DNA from: Squalus acanthias
Taxonomy: Eukaryota
DNA length: 64,000 nt
NCBI GenBank assembly: GCA_030390025.1
Contig: CM059438.1
Location: 33,852,001-33,916,000, forward strand
Reading direction: 5' to 3'
The notes under the pieces were generated by a model. It saw only the letters and a program-made list of their open reading frames with translations, made no database searches and was not told where the DNA came from. How positions within the stretch are numbered: the first letter of the stretch is position 1; each line of letters opens with the position of its first letter. Shown here in pieces: positions 47,975 to 61,174 of this stretch. Position numbers and translations under genes: made by a program.

Positions 47975-50650
47975 TGCAGTGGTGAGAAGTGAGATTGGCT
48001 CAGAAGATCAAGATGTAGAATCGGTTTGGGTGGAGATAAAAAATAATAAAGGGAGAAAGTCTCTGGTGGGCGTAGTCTACAGGCCCCCAAACAGTAGCAA
48101 TACTGTTGGACAGAGTATAAATCAACAAATAATGGAGGCCTGTAAAAAGGGTTCAGTAATAATCATGGGTGATTTTAATCTCCATATTGATTGGACAAAT
48201 CAAATTGGTCATGGTAGCCTTGAGGAGGAGTTCATAGAGTGCATCCGGGATGGTTTCCTAGAACAGTATGTAATGGAACCAACCAGGGAGCAGGCTATCT
48301 TGGATCTGGTACTATGTAATGAGACAGAGTTAATAAATGATCTCATAGTAAAGGATCCTCTAGGAAAGAGTGATCATAGCATGGTTGAATTTCAAATTCA
48401 GTTGGAGGGTGAGAAAGTTGTATCTCAAACCAGTGTCCTGATCTTAAACAAAGGCAATCACAGTGGCATGAGGGCAGAACTGGCTAAAATGGGCTGGAAA
48501 AATAAATTAAAGGGTAAGACAGTTCAAATGCAGTGGCGGACATTTAAGGAGATATTTCATAAGTCTCAACAAAAATATATTCCAGTGAGAAAGAAAGATT
48601 TTAAGAGAAGGGAGCACCATCCATGGCTAACTAAGGAAGTAAAGGATGGTATCAAATTGAAAATGAAGGCATACAATGCTGCCAAGATTGGTGGGAGACC
48701 AGAGGATTAGGACATTTTTAAAAACAGCAAAGGATGACTAAAAAAATAATAAAGAGAGAGATGATGAATTATGAGAGTAAACTGGCAAGAAACATTAAAA
48801 CAGATAGTAAGAGCATCTACAGGTATATAAAAAGGAAGAGGGTAGCTAAAGTAAACGTTGGTCCTTAGAGGATGAGACTGGGGAATTAATAATGGGGAAC
48901 GGGGAAATGGCAGAGACTCTGAACAAATATTTTGTATCTGTCTTCATGGTAGAAGACACTAACAACATCCCAATAATGGATAATCAAGGGGCCACAGGGA
49001 GGGGGGAACTAAAGACAATCACTATCACTAAGGAAATAGTACTTGGTAAAATAATGGGACTAAAAGATGACAAGTCCCCTGGACCAGATGGCCTGCATCC
49101 CAGGGTCTTAAAAGAAGTGGCTGCAGAGATAGTGGATGCATTGGTTGCAATATACCAAACTTCCCTGGACTCTGGAGAGGTCCCAGCGGATTGGAAAACC
49201 GCAAATGTAACACAACCTATTTAAGAAAGGAGGGAGACAGAAAGCAGGAAACTATAGACCAGTTAGCCTAACATCTGTCGTTGGGAAAATGCTGGAATCC
49301 TTCATTAAGGAAGCAATAGCAGGGCATTTAGAAAATCATAATGCAGTCAAGCAGAGTCAGCATGGTTTTATGAAAGGGGAATTATGTTGAAAAAACTTGC
49401 TGGAGTTCTGTGAGGAGGTAACGAGCAGGGTGGACAAAGGTGAACCAGTGGATGTGGTATATTTGGATTTCCAGAAGGCATTCGATAAGGTGCCACATAA
49501 AAGGTTACTGCATAAGATAAGAGCTCATGGAATTGGGGGTAATATATTAGCATGGATAGAGAATTGGCTAACTAACAGAAAGCAGAGAGTCGGGACAATG
49601 GGTCATTTTCCGGTTGGCAAACGGTAACTAGTGGGATGCTACAGGGATCGGTGCTGGGGCCTCAACTATTTACAATCTACATTAATGACTTGGATGAAGG
49701 GACCGAGTGTAATGTAGCCAAATTTACGGATGATACAAAAATGGGTGGGAAAGCAAGTTGTGCAGAGGACTCAAAGAACCTGCAAAGGGATATAGACAGG
49801 CTAAGTGAGTGGGCAAACATTTGGCAGATGGAGTATAATGTGGGAAAGTGCGAGGTTATACACTTTGGCAGGAAAAATAAAAAAGCAAATTATTATTTAA
49901 ATGGAGAGAGATTACAAAATGCTACACTTCAGAGGGACCTGGGGGTCCTTGTGCATGAAACACAAAAAGTTAGCATGCAGGTACAGCAAGTAATCAAAAA
50001 GGCAAATGGAATGTTGGCCTTTATTTTAAAGGGGTTGGAGTATAAAAGCAGAGAAGTCCTGCTACAACTGTACAGGGTAATGGTGAGACCACACCTTGAG
50101 TACTGCGTACAGTTTTGGTCTCCTTATTTAAGGAAGGATATACTTGCATTGGAGGCAGTTCAGAGACAATTCACTAGGTTAATTCCAGAGATGAGGGGTT
50201 TGACTTATGAGAAAGGTTGAGCAGGCTGGGCCTATGCTCATTGGAATTTAGAAGAATGAGAGGTAATCTTATTGAAACATATAAGATACTGAGGGGCTCG
50301 ACAAGGTAGATGCAGAGAGGATGTTTCCCCTCATGGGGAAATCTAGAACTCGGGGGCATAGTTTTAGAATAAAGGGTCGCCCTTTTAGAACGGAGATGAG
50401 GAGGAATTTCTTCTCTCAGAGGGTCGTAAATCTGTGGAATACTCTGCCCCAGAGAGCTGTGGAGGCTGGGTCATTAAATACATTTGAGGTGGAGATAGAC
50501 AGATTTTTGCAAGATAAGGGAGTGAAGGGTTATGGGGAGCGGGCGGGGAAGTGGCTTTGAGCCCAAGATCAGCCATGATCTTATTAATGGCAGAGCAGGC
50601 TCGAGGGGCCAAGTGGCCTATTCCTGCTCCTATTTCTTATGCTCTTATGT
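47975..50650 (+). mobile_element. CR1 LINE ORF2 (APE endonuclease and RT), multiply disrupted
   Basis: VVYRPPNS, MGDFN, SDH, YLDFQKAFD and FTDD motifs; ttcttatg tail. Confidence 0.93.
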
Positions 50651-51064
50651 AGAACCCACCCACGGGTAGACACATGCAGAATATCAATGTGAAATTTCAA
50701 TAGCATGTTAATATCGTCAAAAATAGATTAAAGCACATTGTTAGGACGGGATTAAATTGTGCTCGAAAGCAATTTGGAACCTGATCAATTTTATCATATT
50801 TCACCACCCCAATGCTACTAGTATGACTGCCTCAGTGTTAAATCTCAATTAATTTGGGAGCTAAATATTCCAGGCTATAAGATCTTTAGTAATCACCTTT
50901 TGGGAAAACTATTATGTGCACTAGAAGTAGTTGCAAATGGTTAATTTGGATAACGGTTAATAGCAAATGTTAAAAGCACTTGGAGTGCTCACACTGGACC
51001 TAATAGGTGTAATTTTTTGACTCCACGCTTCCAATGGGCAGTCCCGCTCACTGACAGCACATAT

Positions 51065-52510
51065 CAACAACAGCAACTTGCATTTATATAGTGCCTTTAA
51101 CGTAGTAAAACATCCTTCATTTGGGTGCTATCGAACAAAATTTGACACTGAGCCAAATAAGGAGATATTAGGACAGGTGGTCACAGAGGTAGGTTTTAAG
51201 GAGCGTCTTAAAGGAGAAGAGAGAGTGAGAGAGGCAGAGCAGTTTAGGGAGGCAATTCCAGAGCCTAGGGCATGACAGCTGAAGGCACCACCGCCAATGG
51301 TGGAACGATTAAAATCAGGGATGTGCAAGAGGCCAGAATTGGAGGAGCGCAGAGATCTCGGAGGGTTGTAGGGTGGGAGGCAGTTACAAAGATAGGGAGG
51401 GGCGAGGCAATGGAGAGATTTGAAAACAAGGATGAGAATTTTAAAATGGAAGCATTGCTGTTCTGGGCACCAATGAAGGTCAACAAGCACAGGGGTGATG
51501 GGTGAACGGGACCTGGTGCGAGTTGAGATACATAGAATATACAGCACAGAAACAGGCTATTCGGCCCAACCAGTCCTCCAACAACAACAACTTGTATTTA
51601 TATAGCACCTTTAACATAGAGAAACATCTCAAGGTGCTTCACAGGAGTATTATAAGACAAAAAATTTGACAGTGAGCCACATAAGGAGAAATTAGGGTAG
51701 GCTGACCAAAAGCTTGGTCAAAGACGTAGGTTTTAAGGAGCATCTTAAAGGAGGAAAGAGAGGCAGAGAGGTTTAGGCAGGGAATTCCAGGCAACAGAAG
51801 GCACGGACCACCAGTGGTTGAATGATTATAATCAGGGATGCTCAAGAGAGCAGAATTAGAGAAGTGCAGATATCTCGGGGGGTTGTGGGGCTGAAGGAGA
51901 TTACAGAGATAGGGAGGGGCGAGGCCATGGAGGGATTTGAAAACAAGGATGAGAATTTTGAAATCAAGGCTTTGCTTAACCGAAAGCCAATGTAAGTCAG
52001 CGAGCACAGGGATGATGGGCGAACGGGACTTGGTGCGAGTTAGGACGGGCAGCCGAGTTTTGGATGACCTCAAGTTTACGTAGGGTAGAATGTGGGAGGC
52101 CAGCCAGGAGTGCGTTGGAATAGTCAAGTCTAGAGGTAACAAAGGCAAGGATGAGGGTTTCAGCAGCGGATGAGCTGAGGCAGGGGCTGAGACGGGCGAT
52201 GTTACGGAGGTGGAAATAGGCTGTCTTAGTTATGCTGCGGGTGTGTGGCTGGAAGCTCATTTCAGGGTCAAATATGACACCAAGGTTGCGAACAGTGTGG
52301 CTCAGCCTCAGACAGATGTTAGGGAGAGGGATGGAGTCAGTGGCTAGGGAATGGAGTTTGTGGTGGGGACTGAAAACAATAACTTTGATCTTCCCAATAT
52401 TTAACTGGAGAAAATTTCTGCTCATCCAGAACTGGATGTCAGACAAGCAGTCTGACAATTTAGAGACTGTGGAGGGGTCGAGAGAAGTGGTGGTGAGGTA
52501 GAACTGGGGT
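51065..52510 (-). mobile_element. Two adjacent L2 LINE 3' fragments (about 51065-51530 and 51578-52510)
   Basis: LYLT...WMSRNFLQLN, SRLDYSNALLAGLP, LHWL, FKILILVFKSLHGLAPPYL; (ttg)n tails. Confidence 0.85.
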
Positions 52511-52514
52511 TTAT

Positions 52515-55500
52515 AGAAACAGAAACATAGAAAATAGGTGCAGGAGTAGACAATTCGGTCCTTCGAGCCTGCACCGCCATTCAATGCGTTCATGGCTGAA
52601 CATGCTACCTCAGTACCCCATTCCTGCTTTCTCGCCATACCCCTTGATCCCCCTAGTTGTGAGTATTATATCTAACTCCCTTTTGAATATATTTAGCGAA
52701 CTGGCCTCAACAACCTTCTGTGGTAGAGAATTCCACAGATTCACCACTCTCTGGGTGAAGAAGTTCCTCCTCATCTCAGTCTTAAATGGCTTCCCCTTTA
52801 TCCTTAGACTGTGACCCCTGGTTTTAGTTTTCCCTAACATTGGAAACATTCTGCCCGCATCTAATTTGTCTAAACCAGTCAGGATTTTAAACGTCTCTAT
52901 AAGATCCCCCCTCATTCTTCTGAACTCCAGAGGATACAAGTTCAGTTGATCCAGTCTTTCTTGATATGTCAGTCTGGCCATCCCAGGAATCAATCTAGTG
53001 AACCTTCGTTGCACTCCCTCAATAGCAAGAATGTCCTTCCTCAAGTTAGGAGACCAAAACTGCACACAATACTCCAGGTGTGGCCTCACCAAGGCCCTGT
53101 ACAACTGTAGCATCACCTCCCTACTCCTGTACTCAAATCCCCTTGCTATGAAGGCCATCATGCCATTTGCTTTCTTGACTGCCTGCTGCACTTGCCTTCC
53201 CACCTTCAGTGACTGATGTACCATGACGCCCAGGTCTCGTTGCACCTCCCCTTTCCCTAATCTGCCACCATTCAGGTAATAGTCTGCCTCCCTATTTTTA
53301 CCACCAAAGTGGATAACCTCACATTTATCCACATTGTACTTCATCTGCCATACATTTGCCCATTCACCCAACCTGTCCAAGTCACTCTGTAGCCTCCTAG
53401 CATCCTCCTCATTGTTCACACTGCCTCCCAATTTAGTGTCATCCGCAAATTTGGAGATATTACAATTAATCCCTTCGTCCAAATCATTAATATATAATGT
53501 AAACAGCTGGGGCCCCAGCACCGAACCCTGCGGTACCCCGCTGGTCACTGCCTGCCATTCTGAAAAGTACCCATTTACTCCTACTCTTTGTTTCCTGTGT
53601 GCCAACCAGTTCTCAATCCACATCAACACATTACCCCCAATCCCATGTGCTTTAACTTTGCACACCAATCTCTTGTGTGGGACCATGTCGAAGGCCTTCT
53701 GAAAGTCCAAATACACCACATCTACTGGTTCCCCCCCCCGTCCACCCTATTGGAAACATCCTCAAAAAATTCCAGAAGATTTTTCAAGCATGATTTCCCT
53801 TTCACAAATCCATGCTGACTTGGACCTATCATGTCGCCACTTTCCAAATGGTCTGTTATGACATCTTTAATAATTGATTCCATCATTTTACCCACCACCG
53901 ATGTCAGGCTGACCGGTCTATAATTCCCTGCTTTCTCCCTCCCTCCTTTTTTAAAAAGAGGGGTTACATTAGCCACCCTCCACTCCTTCGGAACTGATCC
54001 AGAGTCTAAGGAATGTTGGAAAATGATCGTCAATGCATCCACTATTTCCAAGGCCACCTCCTTCAGTACTCTGGGATGCAGACCATCAGGCCCTGGGGAT
54101 TTATCAGCCTTCAGTCCCATCAATTTCCCCAACACCTTTTCCCGACTGATAAGGATTTCCCTCAGCTCCTCCCTCTTACCAGATCCTTTGATCTCTTTTA
54201 TTTCCGGAAGGTTGTTTGTGTCCTCCACAGTAAACACCGAACCAAAGTATTTGTTCAATTGATCTGCCATTTCTTTGTTCCCCATTATGACTTCCCCTGT
54301 TTCTGACTGCAGGGGACCTACGTTTGTTTTTACTAACCTCTTTCTTTTTACATATTTATAGAAGCTTTTGCAGTCCGTTTTAATGTTCTCCGCAAGCTTC
54401 CTTTCATATTTTATTTTCCCTGCCCCAATCAAACCCTTCGTCCTCCTCTGCTGAGTTTTAAAGTTCTCCCAGTCCCCGGGTTTGCTGCTACTTCTGGCCA
54501 ATTTGTATGCCACTTCCTTGCTTTTAATACTATCCCTGATTTCCCTTGTTAGCCATGGTTGAGCCACCTTCCCTTTTTTATTTTTACGCCAGACAGGGAT
54601 GTACAATTGCTGTAGTTCATCCATGCGATCTCTAAATGTCTGCCATTGCCCTTCCACTGATAACCCCTTAAATATCGCTTGCCAATCTAACCTCACCAAT
54701 TCACGCCTCATACCCTCAAAGTTGCCCTTATTTAAGTTCTGGACCATGGTCTCTGAATTAACTGTTTCCTTCTCCATCCTAATGTAGAACTCCACCATAC
54801 TATGGTCACTCTTCCCCAAGGGGCCTCGCACCACAAGATTGCTGATTAGTCCTTCCTCATTACACAACACCCAGTCCAGGATGGCCTCCCCTCTAGTTGG
54901 TTCCTCAACATATTGGTTTAGGAAACCATCCCTTAAACACTCCAGGAAATCCTCCTCCACCGTATTGCTTCCAGTTTGAGTAGCCCAATCTATATGCATA
55001 TTAAAGTCACCCATGATAACTGCTGCGCCTTTTTTGCATGCACCTCTGATTTCCTGTTTCATACCCTCCCCCACCTCACTACTACTGTTTGGAGGTCTGT
55101 ACACAACCCCCACTAACGTTTTCTGCCCTTTGGTGTTCTGCAGCTCAACCCATATTGATTCCACATCCTCCAAGCTAATGTCCTTCCTAGCTATTGCATT
55201 AATCTCCTTTTTAACCAGCAATGCTACCCCACCCCCTTTTCCTTTTATTCTATCCTTCCTGAATGTTGAATACCCCTGGATATTCAGTTCCCAGCCTTGA
55301 TTGTTCTGGAGCCACGTCTCTGTAATCCCAATCACATCATATCCGTTAACATCAATTTGCACAGTCAATTCATCCACCTTATTACGGATACTCCTTGCAT
55401 TAAGACACAGAGCCTTTAGGCTTGTTTTATTAACACCCTTTGTCCTTTTAGACTTATGATTTAGTATGGCCCTTTGTGTTTCTTGCCTTTGTTTACTCGG

Positions 55501-55632
55501 ATTTCCCTTATTGTTTCTCACCCTTCTAACATTTGTTTCTGACTGCATATTACTTCCCCCTGTTTTGCTACATAGGTTCCCATTCCCCTGCCATATTAGT
55601 TTAAATCCTCCCGAACTGCCTTAGCAAATAGC
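52515..55632 (-). mobile_element. Young CR1 LINE: ORF1 tail plus full-length ORF2 (55548-52610) with a single frameshift
   Basis: 608-aa and 369-aa ORFs cover APE (NARSIRNK, ETW, GDFN, SDH) and RT (QGS, FADD); the break is at a C9 run around 53730-53739. Confidence 0.95.
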
Positions 55633-56670
55633 TTTTATGCTCCACTTGATCCTCCTCCAGTCTTTCCTCATCTAACTCTATCAGCATAACCCTCTACTCC
55701 CTTCTCCCTCATATGCGTATCTAGCCTCCCCTTAAATGCATCTATATTATTTGCTTCAACCACTCCCTGTGGTAGCAAGTTCCACATTCTCACCACTCTC
55801 TGGGTAAAGAAGTTCCTTCTGAATTCCCTATTTTATTTTGATGACTATCTTATATTGATGGCCTCTAGTTTTGCTCTTCCCCACAAGTCAAAACACTCTC
55901 TCTCTGTATCTACTCTATCAAAACCTTTCATAATTTTAAAGACCTCTATTAGGTCACCCCCCAGCCTTCTCTTTTCAAGAGAAAAGAGACCCAGCCTGTT
56001 CATCCTTTCCTGATAGGCAGACCCTCTCTGTTCTGGTATCTTCCTTGTAAATCTTTTTTGCACCCTCTCCAATGCCTCTATATCCTTTTTATAATATGGT
56101 GGCATTTGGATGAGTTCCAGTTTATGGATGTTGGAAGATGGGAGGCCAGCCAGGAGAGCATCGGAATAAAGTCTAGAGGGAACAAAGGCATGGATGAGGG
56201 TTTCAGCAGTAGATGAATTGAGGCAGGGGTGGAGACGGGCGATGTTACAGAGGTGCAAGTAGGTAGTCTTGGCGATGGAACGGATATGTGGTCAGAAGCT
56301 CATTTCAGGGCCAAATAGGACAATAAGGTTATAATGCCAATGTTGTGAATGGTCTGGTTCAGCCTCAGACAGTGACTAGGGAAAAGGATGGATTAGGTGG
56401 CTAGGGAACATAGTTTGTAGCGGGGACCGAAGACAATGGCTTTGGTCTTCCCAATATTTAGTTGGAGGAAATTTTTCCTCATCCAGGACTGCATGTCGAA
56501 CGAGCAACATGACAAATCAAGGCTGGTGGTGGTGAGGTAGAGCTGGGTGTCGTCAGCATATATGTAGAACTTGGTGTTGTGTTTTTGGATGATGTCGCTG
56601 AGGGGCAGCATATAGATAAGAAATAGGAGGGTGCCAAGGATAGATCCTTGGGGGACTCCAGAGGTATCTC
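55633..56670 (-). mobile_element. CR1 3' fragment (55633-56098) joined to an L2 RT fragment (56100-56670)
   Basis: ALERVQKRFT...GDLIEVFK; YADDTQLYL. Confidence 0.8.
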
Positions 56671-57059
56671 AACTTTGGGCATGCACTTGGCATGATTTTC
56701 CAAACATTTAAATTAACGGCACTGTGTACACCCAAATCTCCAATATATACTGCCAATAAGCGAGGCTCCCTGCTGGAAGTGCAAAGTCGGAAAATTTCTC
56801 ACTTCTATATTTTATTCTTATTAAAGCATGTAAGGATTTAAGTGGAATAGTTCTGGTAATAGAGGGATGAGCTAAAAGATAGGAGAGAGACCTGGCATTG
56901 ACAAGGTGAGACCAATGACATTTCAGGCTTCCAGAGGCACCTGATTCAGACCATCCTTTTATCACTACAGACAAGGTACTAAATGCAAAGTAAAGTTCCC
57001 TCCACACTGCTCTAACCTCTGTCTTAGAAAGCACTACTTACTGTGATAGTACGTTATTT

Positions 57060-58655
57060 TCTTCCGATGTGCACAAATGCACGTAGCATAAGAAATAAAA
57101 TTAATGAGTTTGAAGCACAAATTCAGCTTAAAGAGTATGATACAGTAGTCTTTAGAGACCTGGCTACAAGCTAGGCATGATTGGGAGCCAAATATTCCAG
57201 GCTAAAGGATCATTAGGAAGGATGGAATAATTGGGAAATGAGGAGAAGTAGCAATATTGATAAAATACACTATTACCACAGTAGAAAGAAGGATTTCAGT
57301 AAAGGGGATCTGGCTGTGGAAACAGCATGGGTTGGTTTATGGTACAGCAAAGGATGCAAGACTCTTCTGAGAGTTGTCTGCAGACCTCTTGACAGTAGTG
57401 ATGTAGTAGGGGAGTGGATAAATACTGAGATCAGGGAAGCATGTCGCAGAAACAATGTGGTTATAATATGAGATTTTAATTTTCATGTAGACTGGGAGAA
57501 GCAGGACAACTCAAGTAGTAAATCAATGAATTTCTAGAATTTACCTGTTTTCTAGAACAATATTTTAGAATCGACAAGGGAACAAGGTCATATTAGATTT
57601 AGTGATGCGTAACAAACCAGAATTAGTTAACAATCTGACGGTTAGGGATCATATTGTGAATTGTGTCCATAATATGATTGAATTTGATATGAGGTTTGAG
57701 AGGGAATAGGGAGAGTCCCAGACCAAGGTTATATATTTAAGTAAGGCAAACTTCGAAGTGATGAGAAATAAATTGACTACAGTAAACTGGGCTGAGCTGA
57801 TAATGGGTAAACCTTCAGACAAACAGTGGGAAGTATTCAAAGAAGTATTTGGTGCAATACAATACCAGTAGATGCCCCTAAAAGGCAAATGTTAAGCAAC
57901 CATAGTCAACAAATGATGTAAGGGACAGTACCAAGCTAAAAGAAAAGGCTTACACAAATGCAAGGAAAAATAGAAATCCAGTAGACTGGGAGAACTGTAG
58001 AAAGTAACAAAGGGATACAAAGAAAGTAATAAGAGGTCCAAAAGGGAATATGAAGAAACTTGCAAGGGATATCAAAGCTAACATTTAAATTTATTATATT
58101 AAGAAAAAGAGAGTGATAAGAGGGAATATGGGCCCAGTAAAGAGTATAATGGAGAATTTGGAAATAACAGAATTGTTTCATGAATACTTTGTATCTGTTT
58201 TCACAGTTGAGGAAAAAGGACAAAATATCAGCAGTAGAAACCCAACCTAAAAGCAAAGGGAGGAACTTACTGGATTTAGTATACATTAAAAAAAAGTGGC
58301 AAGAGAGAAAATAATGGGACTTAAAATAAATAAATCTACAGGACCTGATGGTTTCCACCTCAGGGTATTAAAAGAAATAGGTAAGGAAATTGCAGATGCA
58401 ATAGTCATAATTTTCCACATTTCACACAAAGGGTAGTGGAAATCTGGAACTCTCTCCCTAATAGGCTGTGGATACTGGGTCGATTGGAATTTTCAAGACT
58501 GAGATCAATAGATTTTTGTTAGGTAAGGGTGTCAAGGAATATGGATCAAAGGCAGGTACTGTAAATAGAATTGAGGTACTGATGAGGCCCGATCTGATTG
58601 AATGGTGGAACATGCTTGAGGGGCTGAATTACCTACTCCTGTTCCTATTATGTCT
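57060..58655 (+). mobile_element. Highly degenerate CR1 ORF2 relic
   Basis: Remnants of ARSIRNK, VCRPLDS, D..HPRVLKE and the CR1 3' UTR. Confidence 0.7.
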
Positions 58656-60364
58656 TTGAGTCAAACTGCCAAATTGTGGTTAGTTGTGTGTTGTGGACCA
58701 TATTTGAGATTTTACTTCAGATCTTAGTCATCAGGCTATCTCTTCAAATTACCCATTTCTAGACCTGTGTTAAATGGCACTGAAGCATTCCTCCTTAAAT
58801 TTGAAATGCAAAGCAATTTACAATATAAATCTGATCTTATGATATATTGATTTTTAAATTTGGATTTCAACCATACATATGAATTCAAATATAATGTCCC
58901 TGCTACAGGAAACTTTGTATCAAACTCCACTTTGTTCCTGATTTAATCAGTATCACTGTGTCACAGCAATATGTGTCATGTGCATGTCTGGTTATATACA
59001 ATGATTTTGTTTATCCCAAACTATTCAGGCAGTGTATGTTTAAATGGCAGTCTGTTACATCTTTTATGTTTAAAAAAAATAAATACATCCCTTCTGGGAA
59101 TATTTTCTTAAAGCTTATTCTCTGTGAAAAGAAATACAATTTTAATAAATCAAAGATAATACGTTCTTATTCCAAATGGTCCTGCCAGCCTTCCTCGCGT
59201 CAGATGCAGAGACAGGTTTAACAGTGATGTTCTCATGTCAATCACTGTATAATACACTTTTTTAGAAATTGAGCCAGATTGGGTGGAAATGAACAAATGC
59301 AGTCCTCGTCATCGGCCAAATTGAAAATGCTTTTCCTGCTGAAGTAACAAGAGCTTTCCTCACTTCTTTATTCTCTTTTGATGAAACAAACAGAGAATTG
59401 ATTTTTACAAAAATGAATGCAATTTTGTATGGCAGATAATGGTAGAATAGGTTGCAGGTAAATTATAGAAATAAGTAGTCCCGCCTGAGGCGTACTGCTC
59501 TTTTAAGCATAATGACTAGCATTGTGCGCTCTTGCTAAAGCAACACTTTGCTATTCTGGTGATAAGATGGTTACTTTAATAATCATTTTTCTACTGCTAT
59601 TAAAGCCTGACATGGTGAACAACACTAGATTAAAGAATAGGGAGAAACTTTTGATCTAACAGCAGGTGCAGACTCTAAAGCAAACATTTATATTTCAATC
59701 CAGCCCTATTGCCATAAAACCACCCAGCTGGGGTCCTGGATTATTGAGGTCATGACTCCAGCTGTGTCCAGAATGAAAACATTTGTTCAAAAATATTTTC
59801 CAAATAATAAAATAAATTCTCGGGGATAGGTGCTCTTTTTCATAAATGGATTTTGCAGCACACATAGTGTAATAATTGGTGTGATCCTTCCACCACAAAT
59901 CCTTCATGGTGCACACTAGCCTGCTTTAAAATAGATAACCATGAATAACACCTAGCATCTCCATCAGATCTATATCTATAGCAGTAGCTGCATATTGGAG
60001 GTAGTCTTGTGATTCAATTCTCAGTAATCAATATGTAGCCTCAAGCTTCCATCCTTCTTTATGGAGAAATGCTACTGGACATAAACAACAGCATCTGGGC
60101 TTAACCAATTGCCATGCCAATAACTCTTGCGTATGCCTACTTGTATAAGACTTTGTTTTAATTATTCCTACTGCCCAGGGGTATCAGTTCCCAAGTTAAT
60201 TCTCAGCCTTAAGCTACGAATACAGTCTATGCCATCGTGACAAAATGCTGCTGCTTCTTTTTTGAGACTTGACCATTTCTTAGCGGCCCTGTCTCTTCAC
60301 CAGGTATCTGTCACTAGTTTCTTTATTGTCTCTAACATGATCTAATGGCTAACAATATAAAGAA

Positions 60365-60818
60365 AAACTTGCATTTTTTTAATAGCGTCTTTCACGACCT
60401 CAGGACATCCCAAAGCACTGCACAGCCAATGAAGTACTTTTGAAGTGTAGTCACTGTTGTAATGTAGGAAATGCGGCAGCCAATTTGCACTCAGCAAGGT
60501 CCCACAAACAACAACGTGATAATGACCAGATAATCTGATTTTTAGTGATGTTGGTTGAAGGATAAATATTGGCCAGGACACTGGGGAGAACACCACTGCT
60601 CTTCTTCAAAATAGTGCCATGGGATCTTTTACATCCACCTGAGAGGGCAGACGGGGCCTCGGTTTAATGTCTCATCCAAAAGACGGCAACTTCGACAGTG
60701 CAGCGCTCCCTCAGTACTGCACTGCAGTGTTAGCCCAGATTATGCACTCAAGTCTCTGGAGTGGGACTTGAGCCCACAGCCTTCTGAATCAGAGGCGAGA
60801 GTACTGCCCACTGAGCAC
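60365..60818 (-). mobile_element. SacSINE1/DeuSINE-like SINE
   Basis: Reverse-complement homology to 13648-14100. Confidence 0.87.
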
Positions 60819-61174
60819 TTAAAACTTTATTTTCCTCAAGAGAACTTTATGGGGCTTTCATAACTTTTGTCTTGTATGAAGGATTATTTTCTTCAATCCT
60901 GGTCTGAGCTACATTTTTCAGATAACGCAGCTGTTCCTTAACATCCACATCTGTAGAAAAATGTGACAATTAGGGCATGCAAAGACTTCTCTTCCCAAAG
61001 GAAACTGGGACAGCCGACCCAGTGGTACCACAAAGGTATGTGAATGTCTGACTAACTGGAATACTGGATGCACTCCAGGGGGCGATTTTCATGTGCTTAC
61101 TGCCCTGTCCAAGCTGAGAAATAAAGTGGTAGGCAGACAAAAATTACAAAAAAAAATTACTGTGCCTCGATTTT

